DNA of 51,277 nucleotides, filler included, from Porpidia crustulata (taxonomy: Eukaryota), in assembly GCA_964255105.1 (NCBI GenBank). It is 3 parts of 3 records of this genome, joined end to end, with 100 filler letters (N's around TTAATTAATTAA, not from the genome) between each part and the next. Parts side by side here need not be neighbours in the genome. Positions count along the whole stretch, not along the records: positions 1 to 17,043 come from CAXUWE010000234.1; positions 17,144 to 34,169 come from CAXUWE010000235.1; 1 more part is not named here. One strand, 5' to 3'. The notes beneath the pieces are model-generated. The model was not told where the DNA came from, ran no database searches, and worked only from the letters and a program-made list of their open reading frames with translations. Positions 14,314 through 24,774 of this stretch are shown here, piece after piece. Position numbers and translations under genes: made by a program. Each line of letters opens with the position of its first letter. Position 1 is the stretch's first letter.

Positions 14314-15639
14314 ATGGCATCGACGCAGCTCAATATTCAAACATCCAGAGCTTCAGTTCTACAAGGCGTGAAAGACCTTCGATTGGCATGTTCCAATTGC
14401 TCAACCATTACGAGCCTTGGCTGATTTTATCTCTCTCGTAGGAAGACCGCCGCGTCGAATCTCCCGCGTCTACAGAGCTGCAGATCTCTATTCGATCCAC
14501 CGGTCTCTGCGGCTCCGATCTCCACTACTACCAACACTACCGCAATGGAGATATACTGGTCCGAGAGCCTATGTCACTGGGCCATGAGTCGGCAGGGATT
14601 GTAACAGCGATAGGATTTGATGTGAAAAATTTCAATGTTGGCGACAAGGTGGCTTTGGAAGTAGGGATACCATGTACTAAATGCCAGAGATGTCTGGAAG
14701 GAAGATACAACATATGTCAGGGGTTGAGGTTTAGAAGTTCCGCAAAAGCTTTTCCCCATTACCAGGGCACGCTCCAAGAGAAAATGAATCATCCAGCTGC
14801 TTGGTGTCACAGGTGCGTTCCTGCGTCAATTACTAAGAAGACTCTCAACTGAAGTACGCAGACTACCAGACAATGTCTCACTAGACCTTGGGGCAGTCCT
14901 CGAACCCCTAGGAGTTGCCATTCATGGCACAAGAAGGGCTCACATTGCTCCAGGCTCCTCCACCCTCGTATTTGGAGCCGGCGCAGTTGGTCTACTATGC
15001 GCCGCCATGAGCAAAGTAGCAGGCTCATCCACCGTTGTCATTACGGACATCCAGGCTGAGAGGGTTGACTTTGCAGTCGAACATGGATACGCTCATGGTG
15101 GATCTGTCGTACCTGGGAAACGTGGGCAAGATATCGAAGAGAAGCTGCAGATTGCCAAAGGAACGGCAGCTTCAGCAGCTGAGCTCAGGGGAGTCACAAG
15201 AGCCCGTGTGGGAGAGTTCGACACAGTATTCGAATGCACTGGAGTTGAAGCCTGTACACAAGCTGCTATCTATGTAAGACCGATGCACCTCTATCCACGA
15301 GTCCTTGGCTGACTGCAGAAGGCCGCCCGCCCAGGTGGCAAAGTCGTCATTGTTGGCATGGGAAATCCTATACAGACAATTCCGATTGCTGCAGCTGCTC
15401 TACGTGAAGTCGACATTGTGGGAACATTTCGATATGCCAATACTTATCCGGAGGCTATCTCGCTGGTTGCAAGTAGAAACTCGAACTTGCCGGATCTTGA
15501 GACGCTTGTGACTCATCGCTATTGTGGCCTGGAAAGTGCGCAAGAAGCTTTTGAGATGGCGGGAAAGACGAGAGATGAACAAGGCAATCTTGTCTTGAAA
15601 GTAATTATCGATGTGGGGAAGGATGAAGGCGATGCTTAG
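14314..15639 (+). CDS. Zn-dependent polyol (sorbitol/xylitol-type) dehydrogenase, MDR superfamily
   Basis: GLCGSDLHYY, GHESAG, structural Zn cysteines CTKCQRCLEGRYNIC, VFGAGAVGL and GTFRYANTYP. The first intron, 14386-14441, is GC-AG. Confidence 0.92.
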
Positions 15640-17043
15640 AGGAATACCTTATCTATCACACCAACCGCAGCATCTGTGTAGCAGATCACTACTGCAACAG
15701 TCTACCTGGTACGCAGGCTCCCGAAAGCGCGACAGTCTTTCACATCTGTCATCAGCCATTGGAATCCTACTAGAAACATTGAGTTCTTCTCTAAACGACA
15801 AATTTTCAAGGTCATCTAAGTGCTGCTAAGCCTCGTGTTCGACCTGGAATTCATAGGGGAAATCGTCCGAGACCACAGGGGCCAATTGATCGACGGGAAA
15901 AGACATTCCCTATCTTTCTCCACAAGATGTGTCCAAGCCCAAGAGCTATTCTGATTAGATTTTTGTCTTCTATTTGGACCCTCAGTCCCCGTTACGCATG
16001 TCAACCAAATTGCAAGCGCATGCTCGAATGTGGGAGGTACCTTGGTGAAACGTCGATCCTAAGACTTGTGATTACCAGACCTTGCAACTTCAAGACCAGA
16101 GTCGCTCAGTCCGCTACTAGCTCAGCTTTACTTTTGGGCTTGAAGGACACTTGACTGTTGGTTTTATATCAAGAGGGCTAGTTCTTGGTCTGATTTTAAA
16201 AACCACAAAGGCAGAAGAATCACACCACCATCGCTAGATGTTGTATGGTTCACCAATTCCTACTATTCTCAAGCAGCGTCTTCCCTAAGATCCTAACCCT
16301 GCGTGGATGGAGACCTATGATGCCTTATTAGACATCAATAGCTCCTATGAAGCTTCCCCTTCGTTTCAAATTCACACCGTTGAAGCAGAACTAACTATTC
16401 TCAATTCTCCCGATGACGCTCAGTTGCAACGGACAAAGATGGCTCTGGATCTCTACAGATTATGTTTCATATTTCCTGTGAAGATATGCCAAAACAAGAG
16501 GGACTCAAGACCATAATCGTGGCCCTTTGAGCCACACTACACACGAAGCAGGCTATTGAAGCTATGGACGCGAGAAGTCAGTTTCCACCAGCGCTGGAAT
16601 ACTAACATATTCATTCTATTCTCTCCTCGCACTGCCCCCTAAACTCAAACCCCAAAGTCTTGCTCAGCCGTCGATATCTTCGAAATTCGCCACCCCCAAG
16701 TCATATGCAAATTTTCCTTTCGCTTCGACACCTCCCGCGATACCTGAAGTAACAGGAATCGCGACAAACCAGGCGGTAGAAAAAGGTTCTGATTTACTTT
16801 CTACAGTGCAGAGGATAGAGAGAGGGCGAGATAGGTCAATGAGATAGGCAGGGGAGGTGGAGAAGGGATGGGGGATCTTTGACATGGGGAGCGATGGAGT
16901 GGGAAGATGAATAAGATGGGTAAATAAGGGAAAGGGGTCGGGAGAGTAAGGATAGGGGTAAGACGAGTAGGAAGATATGGAGATGGGATTGTCGAATTGA
17001 GATACATTTGATGTATGCAATTGATCTCGCGTCCATGGTCTGA

Positions 17044-17143
17044 NNNNNNNNNNNNNNNNNNNNNNNNNNNNNNNNNNNNNNNNNNNNTTAATTAATTAAN
17101 NNNNNNNNNNNNNNNNNNNNNNNNNNNNNNNNNNNNNNNNNNN
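17044..17143. other. Assembly gap with artificial six-frame stop linker
   Basis: 44 N + TTAATTAATTAA (17088-17099) + 44 N; identical format at 34170-34269. Confidence 0.95.
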
Positions 17144-19025
17144 GGATTAGGAGGGGAGAAAACGTACCAGGCGATGATGGCGCGCCAGTTGAAGCCCGCA
17201 GTGTACCAGTACGCGGAGGTGCTGTCGCCGATGTAGAGATCTGAGAGGTGGAGCGTGCGACGCCGGATGAGAAAGTAGTCGGCGAAGAGGATGCCAGTCA
17301 TGGGGGAGAGGAAGACGGACCAGCTGGACAGGACGCTGTAAGGTAGGGGAAAGGGGGTTTAGTCCGAGGACAGGTAAGGAAGGGGTAGGGATGGAGGAGA
17401 CAATCACACGATGAACGTAGTGGCTTGGGTCACGTAGTTCCACGGACAGACTGCTATACCGACGAGCATGACGATGTAAGCTCCGCGCCTTAGGTTGATA
17501 TATTGCGGACACAGCGTCGTAAGATCCATGCCGGCGGCCACGCTGTTCAACACGATACATAGAGCCAGCTGGCTAGCAAGGAGCCCCAGCCCCGCAAAAA
17601 AGGTACCTGCGCGCGCCGACGCGGTCATGGATTGCTGCACGTGCAGGAGGAGCTGGAAAGGGTTCCAAAAAATTGCGGAGTAGATTTTGGCGGAGGCGGA
17701 GGTGATGAGCATGCCGGCGAGGGCGGTGAAGCAGATGGTCAGGGGGGCGGTGATGGCCTGACCGAAGAGTGCAGCCTTAGGGTAGCGCGCGTAGCGGGTC
17801 CAGTCTATAGGTTTACCTACTTAGATATTGGGGGTCGTGTGGAGGGAGGAGATGTACCGCTTTGGCCGAGACAGCCGCTGCCGTAGCTGCCAATGAAGGA
17901 TTGCAGGCCGTAGACCATGTTCCAGCTTAGTTTGCTTCCGTTCATGGTAGTTCCTGTGGAGATGAGGGTGCCGGCGCCTTTGGCGGTAGCGAGGGACCCG
18001 ATAAGCTGGGTTTGGGTTAGTCCGCGAAACGGTGGGAGTAGAGATATGCACGCACCATTCCGAGCAGGACTGCGGTGATCATGACGAAGGCGATCTAGTG
18101 CAATACATCAACAGAGGTTTATGAGGTACTCAAACCTGTTCACTAGTTACCCTGAACGGTAGCTGCAGTTTCTCAGGTCGGATCCACAGAAAAGGAGCTA
18201 AGCGAATGTAAGGAAGAATTTTCAGAGACAGATTATAAGAACTGGCGGCTTTACCAAGAATAAAAGCAAAGACAAAGAAACTGATCAAGTCCGCTGTTTC
18301 TACATTGGCTGAGGCAGGTATCGTGTTTGCCATATGGGCGAATTTGGGCCCAATGATAGCACCAAGAATGATTCGAATAGACTGTCCTCCCCAGTACATC
18401 TGGATACCTGGAGGTTTCAGTAAAATCCCTCAAATCAGAGATTGGCCAACAGGTACCCATCCAGATGCAGCCTGTCACGACCCGATTCAGAACCGGCCAA
18501 AAGGCACCACGCATGCCCCATGAGCTGAAACAGTGTCAGAAAATGCTTTCTATAGGACTGATAGAGCATCCACGGTACCTTCTCGAGAGAACAGTAAACC
18601 CCACATGCTGATGCGACCCCGGCCAACCTGCTCCGACGGCCAGCAGTGCGATGAAGAAGGATGCACAAATCACGATACCCATGGCTTGACCGACACTTAG
18701 TCCAAGGGCTAGAAGAGTGGACCCGGCTGTCCATGGCAGAGTATTGATTCCTAGGGAGAGATGAGCGAATATCGCCATGTTTGGAACGACGAACACACCG
18801 GCAATTATCCAGTAACCTGCAAACCCCTGCCATGTCCATGTCCGGCGATCGTGTGGCATGGGTATGAGATCTCTATTACACCACTGGATTGAGATTCTGT
18901 AAGTAAGTCTGCCAGACTGCTATTTCCGAAGGTCACCCCACATATGTATTTTCATAATCAGCGTCGTCGTCAATTGGACATTCCAATCTTTTCGCCCAGT
19001 GCTTCATGGGGGTTGTTGAAGTCAT
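17144..19025 (-). CDS. NCS1 family nucleobase/allantoin permease (Fur4/Dal4-like), many introns, 3' end lost in the gap
   Basis: WCNRDLIPMPHDRRTWTWQGFAGYW, SWGMRGAFWPVLNR, IFWNPFQLL, PQYINLRRGAYI, CPWNYV, ADYFLIRRR and YWYTAGFNWRA. ATG at 19025. Confidence 0.9.
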
Positions 19026-19719
19026 TACAGGATTGCTTGTGATATAGCTCAGAGATGGTCAGATTGACAACCTTTACACGCACGATGATAGAAGAGTGGA
19101 GAGGAATCGAGATATAGAAAATAGAAGTCAGCAGAGAGGCCGAATGGACGTTATACCGCAAAGGGATTCATCAAATGTTCAAGCCGCCCCAAACAAATGC
19201 TGAACCGCGACAGCACGGTGGACTATTGTAGCGCGGGGCTCTCGTATGCATAGTCATGCTGTCGTTGTTCGCCTTGTTGGCGTATCAGTTGCTAGCACAC
19301 TCGACTAACCAGGAGTATCAGTTCCTGTAGCTCTTATCAATCGCCATACGCTGACATATCAGCCGCGTTCAGTTTGGTCTGATGCAGCTGAATGGTAGCA
19401 CTGTATTCCGTACGGACTACAAACAGCTGATGCTTCGTCGTCGCTCTGCTTCGTGATTCATCTTAATCTTCAACACGCCAATTCTTTGATAGCGCTTCTT
19501 GAACATCATTGAACGAGTCTTTCAAAGCAGGTCTACTGTGCAGCTTGCCGTATCAATGTAGGCAAGTCCAATGACGTCTCAGCACGAGATGATCGACGTT
19601 CTATGAAGAAGATGAGTGATAGCATGCATCTCCAAAGAATATGAAGGCTTAATAATATGCTGGGTCACTAAAAGGCGATATGCTACTACTACTATGGTCA
19701 GTACACTACTGTACCTTAG

Positions 19720-19962
19720 CACGTGCCAGGCAAAAAAATCCATAACGCAAAACTCGACTTCCATCAATACAAGTCAGATGTTATGATTGTTTCAAGAAGG
19801 TTTTTCGATGAACCCACGTAGTTTGACAGCATGTCGTTTCAATCTTGTTTTTCGCGTTCATCATCACTAAATTTTACAGCGTTCAGGCGATCTGCAGTAG
19901 TAAATTTGATGATGTAGGCAGGGATCGATATTTGCGGTATGGATTATTTTGCCTGGCACGTG
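19720..19962. mobile_element. MITE copy A (243 bp), TIR CACGTGCCAGGCAAAAAAATCCAT..., flanks CTTAG/CTAAG
   Basis: Left CACGTGCCAGGCAAAAAAATCCATAACGCAAAACTCGA versus reverse complement of right CACGTGCCAGGCAAAATAATCCATACCGCAAATATCGA. AT-rich non-coding interior homologous to copy D. Confidence 0.88.
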
Positions 19963-19966
19963 CTAA

Positions 19967-20106
19967 GGTCCCCTAATCATTGTCAGTACGGGGGAGCACG
20001 ACAGGGGCGGTGGGCCGGAAGCAGGGAGCTTGGAGTGCTTGGTTATTCCGTATCCTAGTCCCGGCCCCTGCTCCCAGAAGCGCGTACTAACAATGATTAG
20101 GGGACC
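19967..20106. repeat. 140-bp inverted-repeat element (second MITE-like type)
   Basis: GGTCCCCTAATCATTGTCAGTACG ... CGTACTAACAATGATTAGGGGACC (23/24 complementary). GC-rich interior, no clear TSD. Confidence 0.7.
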
Positions 20107-20708
20107 ACGGGGACTTACCATAATTATATTACTATCAGGAACGGGTAGATTGTCAAGTTGAATCAATAAGGGCTTATTAGGAAACTAGAGGCAAGATTTT
20201 CAAGGTATTGCAGGAAATCCGGACGTCGGGCCCCCGGTCAATTTTCTCCCTCTGGAGCTAGGAATTCGGCAGGATGCTTTCCAGCAGAATCGAGTCTTTT
20301 CAACAGCCTACACGATAGACGCGATCCTCTCGACAAAGTCGACCCCCGCCTTGTCCAACCCGTCGCGCAGATCTTTTACGACACTGATAGAAGCAAGTGA
20401 CAGCTAATTCTCAGGAAAGAATATGGTATTGAACACGAAGGAGATCTCTATCTATCCATCCAAGGAGCGTGTTCAGAGAGGCAGGGTACTCGCCCTACTC
20501 GCCGTGGTTAATGTACAGACAGATGAGCAATGCTCTGTCAGGGTGCTAGACCAAGGCGCTCTTCGACTGAGCTGGAGGCAGAATTTTGTCGCCTCCAAAT
20601 GCCAAGCCTCGGGGCCTCGAATCAATTATTCAACCTCTACCTTTATCACCAGATGTCTCACGGTCTAAAAAGCACATGATATAAAAGTTTAACAACCATG
20701 GCAAGCTA

Positions 20709-21725
20709 TTACGAATTAGCCATGTTGAGAACCTCTGGAAGGCTCGCTGCCGGATCGCCACTATTAACAATACCAAGCCAAGTATCTGGTTTTTTATATC
20801 CAAGAAGAGATAGCATTTTATCGCTCATTCCCAGTACCTTACTTCGGGGAATGGCCAAGAATTGATTCTCCTCTGGACGGAGTGTGCCTGGGATAAAGAA
20901 TAGACCGTAAAGCTTGCGCACTTGATCAGGAATAGAGTTATGCCCAGCGCCGTGATAGACAGTACCGAGAAACACAAATGCGGAGCCCGGCTCCATTTCT
21001 AGGTTATTACATCTGTTAGAATCTCATCCTTGTGTGAAAATTATGCCACGCCCTGGGTTGCTCGTAAAAGGTAGTAGAAACAAATTTGACTTACCCGCAA
21101 AGCAAACTTCATCGATTTTAGGAACCCGAGTATGGTCCCATTTATGAGAACCGGGAATAGCCATCGTCGCTCCATTCTCGCGGGTAGTTTTGGACCCAGC
21201 AATCATAAACCCAAGCATGGTTTCGTTTGAGAGGCTGTATTCGCCACTATGGTAGATCCCATGGATCATGTCATCTCTGTGCAACCTTTGACGAGGACCA
21301 CCGTAGCTGATGTTGTATGTCAAGCTGCTGTTCAAGAGAGGGTCAATAGTGAATTCTTCTGTTCGGTCCTCCCAAGTCGCATTGCACTTTTTTTGCAAGA
21401 TTAATGTCCGCAGTTTGTCAATCACTTCGAACTCGGCAATTTTGGCCATTGTCGGCGACTTCCCCACAACACCAGAAACCATTACCGTTTGGCTGGGAAT
21501 CAAATCATACGCAGCGTGAGTTTCGCCCTTGGCTTTCTGAACGTAAGGCTCGAGTTCGTTGTTGACGGCAGCTATATCTTGATTCGAAACGAGATCAGTC
21601 AAGATAAGCCCGCCATCTCGTTCAAGAATAGCAATCATGTCCTCGATTGGCGCCGTTGCGGGAACCCTCATTAGAGAGACGGATGGTACATAAGATGGAT
21701 CAATGGGTGGAGGAAATGCAGTCAT
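20709..21725 (-). CDS. PhyH-family Fe(II)/2-oxoglutarate dioxygenase
   Basis: LERDGGLI, QRLHRDD (HxD), TRENGATMAIPGSHKWD; intron 21094-20999; EMEPGSA and YHGAGHN (distal His). Confidence 0.92.
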
Positions 21726-22141
21726 TTTTTATGGGTAAAGACGCTGAATCCAACGAGCGAGAAGATCTTTATAATAATGTTGCAGAAAGGTGTGTTGTGT
21801 GAATGGACGTAGTAGCTCACGACGCTCTTATCTGTAAGACAAATCTAACCAGGCTTCTATAACCGCCACTGACTCGGCCGAAACGGCTGTTGCCACTTTG
21901 TACTTCCGTCGCATGTCGCACATCGAAGCGCCTTCGCGTTGGGTTTTAGCCCTGATCAACTGGCAGAAGAACTTCGGCAAGTCAGGTATAGCAGGCTTGG
22001 CATACGCTGGTGGGAAAGTCCTCTCATCCATAGAATCTTTTTTACTTATGCATGTATGCGGCCACCCACATAGATAGTATTGAATGAGCTCTCTCTTTTT
22101 GGCCGAGCATTATCGATCGCATCTGAGCAACCCCACCGTCT

Positions 22142-22384
22142 CAGGCGGATAACAGAAAAAGCCGGACGCACAATCTGATCTCTCATTAACATCTTCAATT
22201 ATATCTATCAAGTTTTGTATATAACGACATGAAACTGAGCCTTAAGCACTATGATGCTTCAAGTACTGTTAAAAGTGAGTGCATTCGAGTTTCGTGAGCG
22301 AATAACTTCAAAAATTCAATAGCAAATTTGATGATTCGGGCGAGAGATCAATTTGTGCGTCCGGCTTTTTCTGTTGCCCGCGTG
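22142..22384. mobile_element. MITE copy B (243 bp), same TIR family
   Basis: Left CAGGCGGATAACAGAAAAAGCCGGACGCACAATCTGATCTCTC versus reverse complement of right CACGCGGGCAACAGAAAAAGCCGGACGCACAAATTGATCTCTC. The right ~65 bp resemble the right end of copy A. Flanks CGTCT/TCTCT. Confidence 0.85.
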
Positions 22385-22626
22385 TCTCTGCAATTGTCAT
22401 AGCGCCAGATCGGTAAAGCGGGAATCTCGGGCCGGAACGTTTCCGAGCGATCTAGCGCTCCCAAAGCCAACCCTCGCACGCCTCGAACCTCACTGTTCGT
22501 TGAGAACCATTCGTTCCTCGCCCCCTAATACATGGAGACTTTACTCAGGCTATTTTTTAATCTTCGGACACAAAACATTGAGCCGAAATTCTCATTTCTG
22601 TGTCAGAAGATTAAAAACTAGCCTAA

Positions 22627-22935
22627 CACGCGGGAGACAAAAAAATCCGGATCGCAAATATCGATTCTTCACCCACATCACCAAACTTACTACTACATTT
22701 CTAGAGATAACAATTTAACAATATGATGTCGAACTCTGATCAAGGTAATGATAAATTTACTAAAGCTGAAGTTCAGAGTGTCATCGAATTTGATGACGCG
22801 ATTGTTGATAACGAGGATAAGATAATTAATTATCAAATCAGTGAATAATTTTTTGACTACGGTAGGTGGGTAGTAAATTGTTGATGTGGGCGGAGGATCG
22901 GTCTTTGCGGTCCGGATTTTGTTGACTCCCGCGTG
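22627..22935. mobile_element. MITE copy C (309 bp), ~65-bp TIRs, perfect 5-bp TSD CCTAA
   Basis: CCTAA|CACGCGGGAGACAAAAAAATCCGGATCGCAAATATCGATTC ... GGATCGGTCTTTGCGGTCCGGATTTTGTTGACTCCCGCGTG|CCTAA. Confidence 0.9.
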
Positions 22936-23001
22936 CCTAAGTAGCGAAATGATCTATATAGTCAAAACGCTTGAATAGGGGATCCAATGCTTGGCCGCTT
23001 T

Positions 23002-24364
23002 CTACCGGGGCTCGATTTGGTACAAAAGTCTTGCAAAATATCTTCTGTGCTTGATGTCATCGTCTGAGCTGACTTCGTAAATAAGCGGTATGCCATTCAG
23101 GCCTTTTCCAACATCTCGCAAACTTTCCAGATACACCCTCCTTAGAAGGACTTTCTCCCAGTCCTTTCCTATCTCAGTTAACGCCTCCTCATAGGCAACT
23201 GAGTCTCTCAGTGATGGAGGTTCTCCGACTTCGATTCCTTTCAAAAAAATATGGGCAGTCAGATGTCTCCCATGATGGACAAATAGACACCGATTCCCAA
23301 TCCACTATGCCTGTAATGCAATAAGTGTTCGGATCTACAATGATGTTCCGATCGGAGAGGTCCGAGTGGTAAAGTGTGTTTATCTCCTTGCCACTACCGA
23401 GTGGAGAGAAGTAATCGGGGATCAGTACCTTTAAGTCGTTGCATGTTTTCAGGACCTCGTCCTGATCATCCGCAAGCTCTTCGTCGGTCTCCGAATAGTA
23501 GTCATCGGTTGGGAGTGGCGAGAGATTCTTGATGCGTTCGATCTGAATTTGCGCTTTCGCCATCATCAGCTCATACGAGGACGAGAAAGGCCCACGATCG
23601 GTAGGGAGGAATAGACGTTTGTCTCTTAAAAACCAGGGCGAAACAACGCGACCGATTACGAACTTAGCACCGATGCCCCGGTCGACGTTCAAAGTGCTTT
23701 GGCTGCTTTGGATGCTTTTGTTTGTCTCGATGTCATGATTGGCCTCATTGCCGGAGTTGAACACAGTCCTATCGTGAGCCTTGGCGCTATCTTTGGTTTC
23801 TGCACTCTCTGAGGACAGTATCCGATCGCTGACTCGACTTTGAATTGTAGAAAAGTATAGGTTTCCAATCTCACGGAAGCGGAGACCAGATAGCTGCTGC
23901 AGGGTGTGAGCCATCTCTCTTGACAACCTGGACTTGGATTCAAAATCCATTCTTTCCCAAGCTTCAGACAAAGGTATGCCTTCTATCTTCTGCAATAGTA
24001 TCCACCCAAACCCTAGCGGGTTTTCTGAGGTGGAGTCGTATGCAATCACGTTGGTTACTGGGATAGAAGTATGCATTCGGATGTATGCAAGGGTAGCACA
24101 CTCACTCTCGGTCTTGAAAAAAGGTTCGACTGGTAGCGTCACACGCATCAAATACTGCTGTGAAATGTGTGGGGACCGGACACTGTATAACTTGTTGAAA
24201 GCCCCCTCGGCAAAGAACTCAACCTCAATATCAGTAAGGCTCCGAGGCAAATGCTGAATTGCGAGATCTCTAATGGTAGAAATGTCTGGTATTACTGCCC
24301 ACGTCGGTACAAGTTCGCCTAAGGAATCGTCTTTCCGGCAGTGACTGTGCTGCATTGGATTCAT
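23002..24364 (-). CDS. APH / choline-kinase-like phosphotransferase, with a 1-nt frameshift near 23243-23249
   Basis: FFAEGAFNKLY, KTESECATL, YHSDLSDRNIIVD (HxDxxxxN) and TGIVDWE. The C-terminal PYFLKGIEVGEPP... continues in another frame across a T7 run. Likely start MNPMQ at 24364. Confidence 0.82.
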
Positions 24365-24529
24365 GCTGAGTAATGCGAGAAAATAAATAAGATGAAATGC
24401 AGTAGGAGAAGGAATAGTTAAAGAAGTAGTGGTTGGCTGTCCGGTGTACCTTAGATATTGATTTCTAGGACTAGGACTTGCTCTAGTGTAAAAAAGAGCT
24501 AGAGCCACGCCAGGGGTCAGACACTTTAC

Positions 24530-24774
24530 CACGTGGGAAGCAGAAAAATCCATTCCGCAAAACTCGATCCTCATCAAATTTACAACTGTGTATGTTGAAA
24601 ATAACACCTGAACGTCACGAAGTCGAAATGATGATGAACGCAAAAATTCAGATCGAACGACATACTGTGAGTCTACATAGATCCATCGAAAAATCTTTCT
24701 TGAAATAATCATTAAATCTTATTTATATTGATCGGGATCGAGTTTTAAGAATGGATTTTTCTCACCCCGGCGTG
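24530..24774. mobile_element. MITE copy D (245 bp), inverted relative to copy A
   Basis: CACGTGGGAAGCAGAAAAATCCATTCCGCAAAACTCGATCC ... GGATCGAGTTTTAAGAATGGATTTTTCTCACCCCGGCGTG. Reverse complement of the interior aligns with the interior of copy A. Flanks TTTAC/CCTAC. Confidence 0.87.

Noticed and set aside
16664..17020. ORF as possible C-terminus of the NCS1 permease
   Set aside because: No NCS1-like transmembrane pattern, low complexity, and it lies across an artificial contig join.
17088..17099. TTAATTAATTAA palindrome, repeated at 34214-34225
   Set aside because: It is centred in exactly 44 N on each side and gives stops in all six frames, so it is an artificial scaffolding linker, not biology.
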